A DNA stretch of 61,436 nucleotides, taken from IMG/VR virus record IMGVR_UViG_3300034018_002789, positions 1-61,436 of that record. One strand, given 5' to 3'. How positions within the stretch are numbered: the first letter of the stretch is position 1; each line of letters opens with the position of its first letter. The DNA is from a virus (Duplodnaviria > Caudoviricetes). The position numbers and the translations under genes are program-made. Positions 36,201 to 46,200 of this stretch are shown piece by piece. The notes under the pieces were generated by a model. The model saw only the letters and a program-made list of their open reading frames with translations. It had not been told where the DNA came from and did no database searches.

Positions 36201-36313
36201 GCGTATGGGTCTTGGTTGAAACAACCCATATTAGCTGTATCTTTTTGCGGAGTGTAAAAGTCTATTATTATTTGATCATTTACATTCGGATTTTCATAAT
36301 AATATTTAAGCAT
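33221..36313 (-). CDS. Baseplate wedge protein (P2 gpI/T4 gp7-like domain)
   Basis: D......LLVFLSNLF...LWRRQIKTAMPKAKKKGTYEGLKQAL motif; follows the gp6/J-like gene. Confidence 0.75.
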   Translation of the reverse strand: MLKYYYENPNVNDQIIIDFYTPQKDTANMGCFNQDPYAITNIKIYFIARNINGDTSLQNISETFDIKLYKEYLNKYQQYCQEVNPTLKQEYYNDAEELRKQLVNTSVASSVYFTQSIVELNIGSITESLWVNGAPNTDSVVKKVSNTETIQYGHFEFTWKPNSSVREGDYYLCFTWQPNSLSTETYSDFVKFYLNSDVANTVATPSHIVSPDKYLKLLEAYTPEMYFTNYANDDVSVDTLNKLNKSIASGFNILENLGLQLQDIQDANATQEPLLVFLSNLFSLKLRTQDPTLWRRQIKTAMPKAKKKGTYEGLKQALSEANIRLVKLDQLWQCGTDFMFAESFQYLGINEFILSNISLPINTTYFEIEFRKKEDPYSASSLSNITITTSDGKSVMKWVGNPLVLGDHIKITYQILPFTNPSDVTIYNYIKTLPLADQRDDRYFDFPKKDWNTRLISEFDSMFGVIVAQKNPITGPTNFGKIRTIFPYSENVYNMDEYNGSLRDSQEPCDIDKNFIEPCRGTISSFFDIVVEIENYSSFRITEYYEILNEYIPLHANLNDHWISASLEDFFIPPEETIETFIVYNGNEFTIAGNAQIMLNRAVYYGPYPINMLRNNLASETVLDTGSTNAYNKIINLFSYGVNFQNIGISSNSSKTFLEITSGVYTGNYTVSNPNGFYIQVIESVAEPINLSNFSYKLSNIFIDDPSFTVTQANKYKLSDASFNYNKYNIKTLWDVSKGYATASYKVRISATDYDIEDVLDNVIYIKDNGSLSNISTYPLSYSILDSSSNIILTSTTGNYLVENYAKVTVNAGLGYTNITQVVNQDTYFYNNGTGIEYKFYSYDSSSNTSFYISGWNLGSGVYSGKILNRVATNTGSLSYYGMKIQKPAGWPVFDIPATTIVDTQNFKENYLVFIGTKPYYFVDDVVDGSGNLTIGGDLMTLKTTGTSLSYELRHYTKASVTSDGVTYKGVDRSGAALYYSDPTGLVIPFAMAGAEEEPTGGPQDQIKNTESISFKIEYSDGKTQEGDIT

Positions 36314-36320
36314 TCAAATC

Positions 36321-37877
36321 TCACTCATATTCAAATGTTATTTGAACATCTCCATATGGTCTTATTATTTCAAAATACCTTGTTGTTACCAATGGCACAG
36401 ACTTGCTATCTGTTACAGTAACCAAAGATATGTCATAACTATTTGGCTCTGTTACATTGTTTAAAGCTTTTACCACATCAGTTTGCTTTAGTGTTTGTCC
36501 ATAGTCCCAATTATTTAAATTAAAGAAAATATTTAAACTATTTTGTATTTGACTTTTAATTCTATCTTCAAATGGTTTATAAAAATTATTAATAATAACT
36601 GCAACACTAACCTGAACATATACTACCAAGCCGTCTCTTATGCAAATATTATCTGTTATCATTTTTTTAGTGTCAAGATAATCTAACATTTCAGCTTTAA
36701 ATTGAGAACTGGCTAATTTTAAACCGTCTTGACCATCTTTAACTAAAACAAATATTTCAATTATGTTTGCAGAACATCCGGAATGTCTTAACGCTATAGT
36801 TGCCTTTCCTGTTGTTCCATTATATGGTGTGGAAAATTGATTGCATAACGTTTTATAATCTTCTCCAGTAACAGCTCTTTCTTGAGATTTTATATAGAAA
36901 GGCAGTTTCCTTCTTATGTCTTCTACCCCGTCACCACTATACCCATTTTCACCTTTAGTATAATTTGTAAAATTAACAATTATACTAGATGCTTGATTTG
37001 GAATTGAAATTAAAGCATCAATGCTGGCAGCGTTTGTTACAATGTCGCCTATTGGACCCCCTCCAACTCTATATGTTACGTTTATTGTCGCATTTAAAGA
37101 AGGACACAATCCAGCTCTATTGTTGCCAAATATTACATATAAACTATAATCTGATTTATATTCAATTCTGTATTCTTTTCTTGGTTGACTATCTGTGAAA
37201 AAATCTACTTGATTCCATTGTTCACCATTAACATAAACACGAACAGATCCAAGAAGAACCGGAAGAGATGAAAGTAAAAATGATTGGTTTATTGTTCCCG
37301 TTCCAAGAAAACTATCAGTAACAGTTTGTCCTTGCAAACCAACTACATTAGAATTTACTAGCTTGCCAGCAGATATGATTATTGATTCATCAAAAATAGG
37401 CCTGTTAAAACTATCTGCTGGATATAATTCATAATTTACCGATTGATTTCCATTAGTAATTTGAACATCAAAAGGAGCAGGTATTTCAACATTGTTTATT
37501 TGAGCCGTATTTATTCTAGCTGTCCACATACATTTTGAAGCAACTGGTGGAAGTGGTTTGTAACCTACTAAACCCGCTAACCTAAAAGCATTATCAATTT
37601 CTGTTACTGTATCAATAAAAATTTCATTTGCAATTTGATCAATTTTAAAAGATAAAGTATCTGCTATAAATGCCCAGTTTTCTACTAACATTATTGCTAT
37701 GCTAGATTCAACAAAATCACTAAATTTATCAGAGAAGTTTTGCTGAATATATGTTAAAAGTCGAGATTTCATAGACCAGAAATCTTGATTCGTGTAATTT
37801 AAATTTACAGCAGTAGGTCTATTTACATTGTTTGTAACTTTATAAGGAGTTACATCAAAAGGACAAGACTCAGCCAT
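36321..37877 (-). CDS. Baseplate wedge protein (T4 gp6/P2 gpJ-like)
   Basis: YTNQDFWSMKSRL, DFVESS...MLVE..AFIAD.LSF.ID, FGNN..G..P, YRVGGG, QERAVTGEDY. Confidence 0.92.
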   Translation of the reverse strand: MAESCPFDVTPYKVTNNVNRPTAVNLNYTNQDFWSMKSRLLTYIQQNFSDKFSDFVESSIAIMLVENWAFIADTLSFKIDQIANEIFIDTVTEIDNAFRLAGLVGYKPLPPVASKCMWTARINTAQINNVEIPAPFDVQITNGNQSVNYELYPADSFNRPIFDESIIISAGKLVNSNVVGLQGQTVTDSFLGTGTINQSFLLSSLPVLLGSVRVYVNGEQWNQVDFFTDSQPRKEYRIEYKSDYSLYVIFGNNRAGLCPSLNATINVTYRVGGGPIGDIVTNAASIDALISIPNQASSIIVNFTNYTKGENGYSGDGVEDIRRKLPFYIKSQERAVTGEDYKTLCNQFSTPYNGTTGKATIALRHSGCSANIIEIFVLVKDGQDGLKLASSQFKAEMLDYLDTKKMITDNICIRDGLVVYVQVSVAVIINNFYKPFEDRIKSQIQNSLNIFFNLNNWDYGQTLKQTDVVKALNNVTEPNSYDISLVTVTDSKSVPLVTTRYFEIIRPYGDVQITFEYE

Positions 37878-38382
37878 TTGCATCACCGCCCAAAGGTAGT
37901 TCTAGTTTCAGTACACTTACATTTTGCAAGTTGCTTAAAATACTATATAAAAGTTTAACTCTCATAACATGCGGATCATCAGGATCATTGTATTCGCTGT
38001 AAGCTCCATAAGACTTGCCGATATTTAAGTTGGGGTTGTTTACTCCAACTGAATAATTGTTAACGTTAGAATCAAAAAAATTAGGCATTGTACTAGGACC
38101 GCCAGAAGTAGAAATCTCTAAATTTCTTACAACAATTCTTGGCTCCCAATTTTTTATTGCAGCAAGAATATCATGTTTAACATTATTAACTAAATCCTGA
38201 GTATTTTGTTCAAACAAATATTTTCTAAGAGGTGTGCCATATTGTGGAAGCATAACCCTTTCACCAGGATTTGTTAATATTAATTGTAACAAATCTCCTT
38301 TGATTGTAGCTTCTTCTTCAACACTCCTAAACAGTCCTAAAGGACTGGGAGTTATTGGGTACGGTGCGCCTAATAATGCCAT
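37870..38382 (-). CDS. Baseplate gp25/GPW-like protein (sheath initiator)
   Basis: LLQLILTNPGERVMLPQYGTPLRKYLFE...AIKNWEPRI. Confidence 0.93.
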   Translation of the reverse strand: MALLGAPYPITPSPLGLFRSVEEEATIKGDLLQLILTNPGERVMLPQYGTPLRKYLFEQNTQDLVNNVKHDILAAIKNWEPRIVVRNLEISTSGGPSTMPNFFDSNVNNYSVGVNNPNLNIGKSYGAYSEYNDPDDPHVMRVKLLYSILSNLQNVSVLKLELPLGGDANG

Positions 38383-38415
38383 AACTTTATATAGTAAAAA
38401 AATATACTAATTATA

Positions 38416-40560
38416 TTATCTAGCTTCTGGAATATCTGATTTAACAACATTCTGTGAATTAGGAGATGCACTAGAATAAAAGCGATCACTAATTTTTAAA
38501 ACACCTCTTCCAGTAGCCTTGCCGTTTGAATCATATGTTGGAACCCACACAACAACAGGAAAACAACCCGGACCTTTCCCTGTTACTTTGCCATCTTTGT
38601 CTTTTTGATCATAGTCTTTTCCAGCCAAAACAGCCGATATATCATCTGCTATACTTATTATCTTTTTTGACAGGGTAAAAGAATTACCTGTTGAACCAGT
38701 TAAAACCATGTTGTTTCGACTTGTATATGTTAGTTTATCTCCAAAGTTATCAACCAAATCGTTTCTTTCGCTTTCAGACTGTTTGTTTAACCATCCAATG
38801 ACTTCATAAGAATGATCTGTTGTAGTTAACAAAAATGACCCGCCACACCTCAATCTAACTTGACCCGGGCCATCTGCCCTTTCTGCAAAAGATAGCATGT
38901 GTGGCCCATATTTTTGATTATCTTTCTGCGGTGAAATAATTCGAATATATTGACTGGCTGTATTTTTTTGTCCACCTTGATCAACCATTTCAAATCTTAA
39001 TCCATAACCAGTTCTCATCTCAATATAAGATTCACTAGATTGTGCTTCCGCAGGGTTGTCTCCCTTTCTTGGAAGATTGGATTTTTTATTACCTCTTGCA
39101 GATAATGTTAAAGTATTTGTTGATGAATCTTTAAGCCTAATTCCATTATTAATTGTAGCATATCCTTTTTCATTTGATGCTTCATCACATAGAAATATTT
39201 CGTTTCCATTTGCAGACGCAATTTTAATACCATTTTCAGCAGCTCTTGTATTTGTTGAGCTTTCTATATCATTCATTGTTATTTTATGACCAGTTGCTGA
39301 AACCCAATATGTTCTTCCCATGTATTTGTTTGTGCAACCAAAATCAAAATCTCTTAAACTAGAATGCCAATCAGAATTTCCAACTGGAGCTTCTACAGAA
39401 TCGTCCATTACCCATGAATGCCCAGATATTGAAAGCAATTGAATTCCTGTCTGAGGTAAATCACACTTGTTATTTTGAGGTGTTTGAGGTCCTTTATAAG
39501 GTCTGCATTCATTTGCATTTTTAAAGAATGGATTCTTGCCAATTTGATTGTTTTTTGTTTGATTATCTGGTTTTCTATTATTTGGAATATTTTGATATGC
39601 ATCACAAGACAAATGTTTTTCATGTGCCGGAATCTTAAACTGATCATATTCAAAAAATGGAGTATTTGCATCTTGCTCTTCTTGATTTAACTCTGTAACA
39701 CTTGGTCCCGCCATAGAAGTATCAGCAACTGGGTTTGGAATTCCTATAATACAACTTACATCACCATCAGCATGAGAAGTGTCTCCGCACTTTGGATTTG
39801 ACCATTGTCCTCCGTAATGAAATGGATCATCCTTAAACATCATCCAGTTCCCATTTCCACTCATAATTTCAAGTCTTTTCCATCTTCTATTACACTTCGC
39901 ATCTCCATCAACCATTTTTAACATATGCTTTTCTGGAGTTTTAAATCCATAAATATAAGGATATGTACTTCTTTTTGCTATTGTAGGATCTGTTTCTACA
40001 TCTTGAAGACTGTCAACATCATACCCATTGTAATTTTCTGTATTCCAAGGCGGCAAACTTTGCGATCCATCTGTCGCACCACAAAGATATCCATCTCTTT
40101 TACTTAGCTTTTGATAAAGTAAATCATATTCTGGAACAGCAAAATCAAAAGCAGCTCTGCCATCAGTATCCGAATTTCTACTTCTAGACCATGTAGTGCC
40201 AAGATAATATGGCGTTTTTCTAGTAGAAGCTTCAAATATTACCATAATTGTACTGCCTGCTGGAGGAACCCATGTGGCACCACAATCATCAAAACCTCCA
40301 AATGAAGATAATGGATATGCATACGGTAAAGATTGCCAATCAGCGTCTGGTAAATTTAAAATTGGAGAAAAGAACTTAACTCTATTCTGCTTGTAATAAT
40401 CTACCGTACTTACACAAAGACAAGAATAAACACCATAAAGATTCGCTTTCTGCTTTAAAAATGTAAATGTTGATTTACTACTATATTGAGATTTTAAATT
40501 TTTAAAATCTGTCTCTAATGAGTTTAATCTAAGTTCTTGTTCTCTTCTTGTACTAGACAT
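38416..40560 (-). CDS. Baseplate central spike (gp5/VgrG-like OB-fold plus beta repeats)
   Basis: VDY..QNRVK, WVPPAGSTIMVIFE....PYYLG OB-fold and repeated SGH/TGH/GN.I...D beta units; located next to gp25. Confidence 0.8.
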   Translation of the reverse strand: MSSTRREQELRLNSLETDFKNLKSQYSSKSTFTFLKQKANLYGVYSCLCVSTVDYYKQNRVKFFSPILNLPDADWQSLPYAYPLSSFGGFDDCGATWVPPAGSTIMVIFEASTRKTPYYLGTTWSRSRNSDTDGRAAFDFAVPEYDLLYQKLSKRDGYLCGATDGSQSLPPWNTENYNGYDVDSLQDVETDPTIAKRSTYPYIYGFKTPEKHMLKMVDGDAKCNRRWKRLEIMSGNGNWMMFKDDPFHYGGQWSNPKCGDTSHADGDVSCIIGIPNPVADTSMAGPSVTELNQEEQDANTPFFEYDQFKIPAHEKHLSCDAYQNIPNNRKPDNQTKNNQIGKNPFFKNANECRPYKGPQTPQNNKCDLPQTGIQLLSISGHSWVMDDSVEAPVGNSDWHSSLRDFDFGCTNKYMGRTYWVSATGHKITMNDIESSTNTRAAENGIKIASANGNEIFLCDEASNEKGYATINNGIRLKDSSTNTLTLSARGNKKSNLPRKGDNPAEAQSSESYIEMRTGYGLRFEMVDQGGQKNTASQYIRIISPQKDNQKYGPHMLSFAERADGPGQVRLRCGGSFLLTTTDHSYEVIGWLNKQSESERNDLVDNFGDKLTYTSRNNMVLTGSTGNSFTLSKKIISIADDISAVLAGKDYDQKDKDGKVTGKGPGCFPVVVWVPTYDSNGKATGRGVLKISDRFYSSASPNSQNVVKSDIPEAR

Positions 40561-40569
40561 AAAACACCT

Positions 40570-42303
40570 TTATTTTTTACCGACAGACAAACTTTCCGGA
40601 ATAGCTGAAGATACTTTTAATACAGTTTCAAACTGACCTTTATCATTAATACTATGAACTATGCCTGATACATAATAATTGCTTCTAGAAAAATACGGAT
40701 TAACAGAGGATGAGGTAAGTGCATAATCACACCCTAAATTCTCATATCCTCCAATAGCATATGGTTCTAAATATATTATAGAAATAAATGTTCCAACAAT
40801 ACTTAACGGGCTTGCATACCAAGGATCACCTATGATTTTTAAATCTGCTTCAATTGGGGAAGCAACTTCAGTAATTTTTGATGCCTCTGAATTTGCCCAC
40901 AAAGCTTCAAACTCTTTGTCGTTAGCAATTTTAGGAGCCCTAAAGTTTAAATTTGCAGATGGAACCGCAACGAATGTTTCTACGCCGAACCCTTTTTGAT
41001 CATTTTTTTCATTGCATTTTCCAGGAATTTTGTTTCCGTCTTTTACATCTTTTGGTTGATTATTATTGGCAGCATTAGCATTTGGACCTGGTGAAGCCAT
41101 AGCATTTACTGGCACTAATTCTATTTTTGGAGAAAATGATAAAACAGAAGATGAATTTCCACCATTTACAACATATGTAATTAAAGGACATTGTGATTTT
41201 TGTGTCGTTGCGCATCCTTCTTTGTTATTATCATTAAAAGTATCTTCTACAATATATAAAAACGGTCTTCTACTTCTACAATCCATCATAAAAAACATTC
41301 CATTTCCTTTTTCTGTTACAACAGAATTACACCATGTTCTAGCAGCATCCATTCCTGTTAGACCATCTGTATTATAAATACTATTTGGACCTTCGCTCCC
41401 TCCACCATCAGAAGAAGCAAATTTGAATTTTTTTATTACTTTTTGTGCTAAAGCTGGATTATACGCTACTCCTTCGGAATTGCCGGAAACATTTGGGGGT
41501 CTAACTGCTGTTGCAAACATAAAAGATGGCTTGTTATCAGCTTTTGAACCAGATTCTATTTTGCAATTTGTACTTTTAATAGTATTGTCAATAGCATTTT
41601 GTAAATTAGACTTGTTTTGTTCAGTTCCAAAAGTTTCTTTGCTTTTGCTTCCTATTTGAGAACCTAGTGTTAAATCAACCATTGTAAGTTTATAAACCCA
41701 AAAACCATTTTCTGTTTCTAAATCTATTTTTTGAATTAAAAAATTTAAATAATAGGATGTACTACGATCTGCTGAAAAAGGATCTACAGGAGGATTTTGT
41801 TCATCACCTAATATGGTTATGGTTTGAGATGTTGATAAATCAAAAACTTTCTTATTGCCAAATTGATCAACATATATCCATCCAAAATTACATAACACAG
41901 TTAGTGGAGAAGGATCAACCGCACAATCTTTTCCTGGAATAGATTCAAAAAATGTCCTAAACTTTCCACCGTTAACATCTACAATTGTTGCTTCTATTTT
42001 GCATGAATCAACAAATGAATAATTAAAATCTTTTATAAAAGGTCTATCTAAAACTCGTGTAGCAGTACTTGCTTTTCCTAAAAAAGAATCTCTTCCTCCT
42101 TGAATGTATTCTATATAAGATTTATTTCCTATTGTAATTCGTTTTGCAGTACCACCACCATTTTCAAATTCGTTATATCCAAATATAAGTTCAACAAATC
42201 CTGTTTTTAAATAAGAGTCATAAGGGTACGCAATTGATATTGGAGTTCCTGGACAAGAATATTTATTGACAATTGCTGCTGGAAATGATGGTATTCTGGC
42301 CAT
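40570..42303 (-). CDS. Putative baseplate hub protein (gp27/gpD-like)
   Basis: C-terminal IEADLKIIGDP...YYVSGIVHSI...FETVLKV pattern; position between the LysM/gp53 and spike genes. Confidence 0.65.
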   Translation of the reverse strand: MARIPSFPAAIVNKYSCPGTPISIAYPYDSYLKTGFVELIFGYNEFENGGGTAKRITIGNKSYIEYIQGGRDSFLGKASTATRVLDRPFIKDFNYSFVDSCKIEATIVDVNGGKFRTFFESIPGKDCAVDPSPLTVLCNFGWIYVDQFGNKKVFDLSTSQTITILGDEQNPPVDPFSADRSTSYYLNFLIQKIDLETENGFWVYKLTMVDLTLGSQIGSKSKETFGTEQNKSNLQNAIDNTIKSTNCKIESGSKADNKPSFMFATAVRPPNVSGNSEGVAYNPALAQKVIKKFKFASSDGGGSEGPNSIYNTDGLTGMDAARTWCNSVVTEKGNGMFFMMDCRSRRPFLYIVEDTFNDNNKEGCATTQKSQCPLITYVVNGGNSSSVLSFSPKIELVPVNAMASPGPNANAANNNQPKDVKDGNKIPGKCNEKNDQKGFGVETFVAVPSANLNFRAPKIANDKEFEALWANSEASKITEVASPIEADLKIIGDPWYASPLSIVGTFISIIYLEPYAIGGYENLGCDYALTSSSVNPYFSRSNYYVSGIVHSINDKGQFETVLKVSSAIPESLSVGKK

Positions 42304-42307
42304 TGTG

Positions 42308-42640
42308 CTACACCGTGGTAAACTTTGAAGGTAACCTAATAATAATTCCTGATTTAAAATCCATTATGTCAAAAATCATATTATATTCCATTATTCTCCA
42401 CCAATAATCTGGCGTTCCATAATATTTATTACTTAATATATCTGGTCTATAATTTAAATTTTTTGGTATTTCAAAAAACTGATCTGTGTCACTATAGTTT
42501 TCTTCTTTTCTTTTATATGTTTCGTATGTTATTTTTCTATCATTTCCATAATAATATAACTGCGAGTTTACATATCTACTTGTATAATTAACAAAATTAG
42601 AAGAATTAGTAGCATTATACTTTTCAATATAGTTAGCCAT
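42308..42640 (-). CDS. Baseplate wedge gp53/LysM-like protein
   Basis: RPDILSNKYYGTPDYWWRIMEYN.I.D......G..IRLP. Confidence 0.85.
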   Translation of the reverse strand: MANYIEKYNATNSSNFVNYTSRYVNSQLYYYGNDRKITYETYKRKEENYSDTDQFFEIPKNLNYRPDILSNKYYGTPDYWWRIMEYNMIFDIMDFKSGIIIRLPSKFTTV

Positions 42641-43200
42641 TAACCACCCCACTGGAATATTCGTTCTGCACCAGGCATATCAACTGTAGAATAAACAATA
42701 TCAAAGTTGCAACTTACTTCAAATCTATACGGTATTAGACTTCCGTCTTGCCAAGGAACATCTTTTGGCCATGAAACAGAGCAACTTTTCAACACAGAGC
42801 AAAGCTCGCCAGCAGGATTTAAAGGATTTCCTCTATCAGTCAATAATCTTCCACACCTTAAATGAACAAGAGGTGGAGGAGTATATGGAAATCCCATAGT
42901 ATTTTCTTCTCTGGGATATGTACATGCTTGTAATAACCTTAAATAATAAAGATTTCTGGCCGTTGCATATTCACTGTCAGCAAGCATCGTTATTTTCCAG
43001 CTTATTTCTCTATTCCCGCCCTGCCCGAAAGTTTTTATAGGCATTGATCGACCAATGCCTGTTTCTTCTCCAAAAGAAGCACTATGAGAATCTGTTATAT
43101 CAGGCAAAACATACATGTATATGTAATATGTCCCAACCCTTATGTAACAATCGGGTATTGGTTTTAACAAATATCCCTGATCTTGTGTTGCTATAGCCAT
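42640..43200 (-). CDS. Tail tube initiator/baseplate cap-like protein
   Basis: A.F.E..GIGRS.P...F..G..REIS, YP, PP.VHLRCG, VLKS.SV.W motifs; directly after the tape measure gene. Confidence 0.7.
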   Translation of the reverse strand: MAIATQDQGYLLKPIPDCYIRVGTYYIYMYVLPDITDSHSASFGEETGIGRSMPIKTFGQGGNREISWKITMLADSEYATARNLYYLRLLQACTYPREENTMGFPYTPPPLVHLRCGRLLTDRGNPLNPAGELCSVLKSCSVSWPKDVPWQDGSLIPYRFEVSCNFDIVYSTVDMPGAERIFQWGG

Positions 43201-43224
43201 TTAAATCACCAATTTAAATTAGTA

Positions 43225-46200
43225 TTAACCGTATGCTACTTGAGAAACATTTTTAACCGCAACATCATTTATGTTGCCTATGGGAGATTTAAATGCATCT
43301 CTATTTGATGACATTCCAGAATAAGCACTTTCATCTCCTCCTCCTTCGCCTCTATTTGACTTTATCATTTCGCCTAATATTTCTTTTAAAACTCCTTTTA
43401 TTTCACTGCTTAGGTTGGCTTGCGATTCTGATGCATTGGCTATAGATGACAAAGCGGCGTTTCCAGCAGTCGAAAGAGAAGAAGCTTTGTTTGCCCCAGT
43501 TTGCATTTCTGCTGTGGCCATTTCTCCACTCATCTTACTTGGAGAACCAAATATGCTGCCTACAGTATTTGAAAGGCTGCTGCTAATTTGTGTTACAGCA
43601 CTTCCAAGCAATCCTCCAACCCCGCCAGACTCAACAAAACTAGAAGCAGCAGATGCAAGTCCACCACCCATATCTTTTAAGTATCCACCTAAACTTCCAA
43701 AGCTAGATGTTCCCTTGGCAACCAAAGTTTCTACTATGCTTCTGGGGAATATCACTTCTCCTTTATGAAGCATTGCTAACCCATTGTTTTCTATCTCTCT
43801 TGCACCTTCGGAAAATCCAAGCCATCCTGTAAAGTTGCTCCATCCCGCAGATGCTGCACTTCCAACAGAAGATGCTGCGCTGCTAATGCCACTTCCAACA
43901 GAGGATGCTGCGCTACTAATGCCACTTCCAACAGAAGATGCTGCGCTACTAATGCCACTTCCAACAGCAGATGCTGCGTTTTTAATACCGCTTGCTGCTC
44001 CAGATATTTTATCACCAGCCCAACTTGCTGCATCGCCAACAGCAGAAGCTGCTCCAGATATTTTATCACCAGCCCAACTTGCTGCTCCAGATATTTTATC
44101 ACCAGCCCAACTTCCAGCCGCCCCAATAGAAGATGCTATGTTTGAGCCAACATTTTTGGCACCTTCCCATACTGCAGGCAAATATTCATATGTCATATTA
44201 CCCAGCCAGTCTCCAGCAATTCCACCAACTACGCCACCTACGATTGTTCCAAATACAGGTACAACACTGCCAAGAGCACCGCCTATAGAACCGCCAATTG
44301 CTGCTCCAACGCCTCCAGAAATTGCCTCTCCAACATTTTCTCCAGATCCAATTGCCAAACCAACACTTGCAACTCCAGCTAGCGGACCAGCAGCTTTGCC
44401 TAAAAATCCTACAGTTTTTCCCAATGCTCCTGTCGCTTTACTCATTAAGCCTGCTGATTTTCCTGCAACTTTTACTGCATCATCAGCAGTATTGGCAACG
44501 CCTTTAGCAGTAGCTTTGGCAGCACCTTTAGCTGCATCATCTGCTACATTTGTAACATTTTTGGCTGTTTTTTTGCCAGCATCTAAAGCAGCTTCCGCTG
44601 TTGCTGCTGCAGCATCTGTTGCAACTCCTGCCAAACTACCTACTTTACTAAGCGCACTTTCTGCTATGCTACACGCACATCCTCCTTCATCGCCACCACC
44701 ACCTCCTCCCAAAGCCCCTACCGCAGTTTCAGCCAATCCTCCTGCTAATGCTGCACCACCACTAAATAGACCGCCAATTTTGCCTTTTACACCAGATCCA
44801 AAAGATTTGGTTTTCTGCCACATTGACTTCCTGCCAGTAGGAGGAGGAGCGTCTTTAAAACTCTTTGCTGCAACTGCTTCTGCAGATATTTTCTTTTTGC
44901 CTTTAGCTTCAACAGCTTCTGCTCCTTTTGTTTCGCCAAGTTTTGGAGCTGGTGCTGTGGCTCCTTTTACTGTTTTTCCTTTCCCATCTAAATCTGGAGG
45001 CGGTGCTGGTGCCGGGGCTCCTTTTATTGTTTTTCCTTTTCCATCTAAATCTGGAGGTGGAGCAGGAGCAGAAGGGCCAGTGTTTGGAGGTGGCGCTGGT
45101 GCTGGGGCAAAAGATTTATTTCCCATTTTTTCTAATACTGATTTGCCTATATCCCATCCCTTGAATAGTAGAGCTAGCCCTCCTATGGCAGCGGCTACGG
45201 CAGCTATTTCAAGCATAATTGCATTAAGCCTTCCAATAACAGAATTTGCTCCTTTTACTATAGATTCTTTAACATCATTTAAAGTTTGTGCGGCTTGATA
45301 AGCAGGATTGTTTGCTCGCATTTCTCTTTCATCAGCTTCTCTACTAGCTTTCATTACTGATTCTTGTATTTCTGCCATTCCTTCATCGCCAGCTTTTCCT
45401 CCACTTACAGCTTTTGCTAGAGTAGCTTGATCAAATTTTAGAGCTGTGCCACCTGTTTGAGTAATTCTTTTGTTTATTTTTTCTAAAGACTTTTGCAAAG
45501 CTTCAGTTGCTGTTGCTCCTTTGCCAGCTATATCTTCTAATTCTTGTCCTCCTTGTGTTTTCAACATATCATTAAAATCTGCAACATTGTCAGATGCAGC
45601 AGCCATATCTCTAACTTTTGTTAACAAACTTGTAGCACTATCAGATTCCAGTTTGGTAATCTGTTTTTTCATAGTATCTTCGTCTATCAATCCTTTTTTT
45701 TGCTCTTCTGTTATTTTTGCTATTTTTTCAGCCAATGGCTTTGATGCTTCTCCAACTCCTTTTATAAGAGCTTCCGGCACTTTAAGAGCGTTTTCTAAAG
45801 AAGTTCCCGTTGCTTGTTCTACCTGCATCCTTGCACGAGAAAGTCTGTCCATTTCTGCTTGATCACCTTTTAGCCTTGCTTTATTAAAAGACTTTTGAAA
45901 ATCTGCGTAAGTTTTTATTTCTGGACCCAATTGAGCTGAAATATTTTTTTGATATTGTTCTGCAACTTTACTTAAAGCTTTTTTATCTCCTAATAAAGTT
46001 CCGTTAATAACTTGATTAAATTCTCCTGCATTTCCAACTGCTTGCTGCAAGAAATGATTTTGAGATTTTGTGAATTCTTTTAAACTTGAAATAGTTTTTC
46101 CAAATTCTGCTGCTCCTTCTTCAACGCCTAGCTTTTTAGCTTCAGCCATAAAATGTAAAATGTTTTTATTAGCATCTACTGTAAGTGTTCCTGAAGATTG

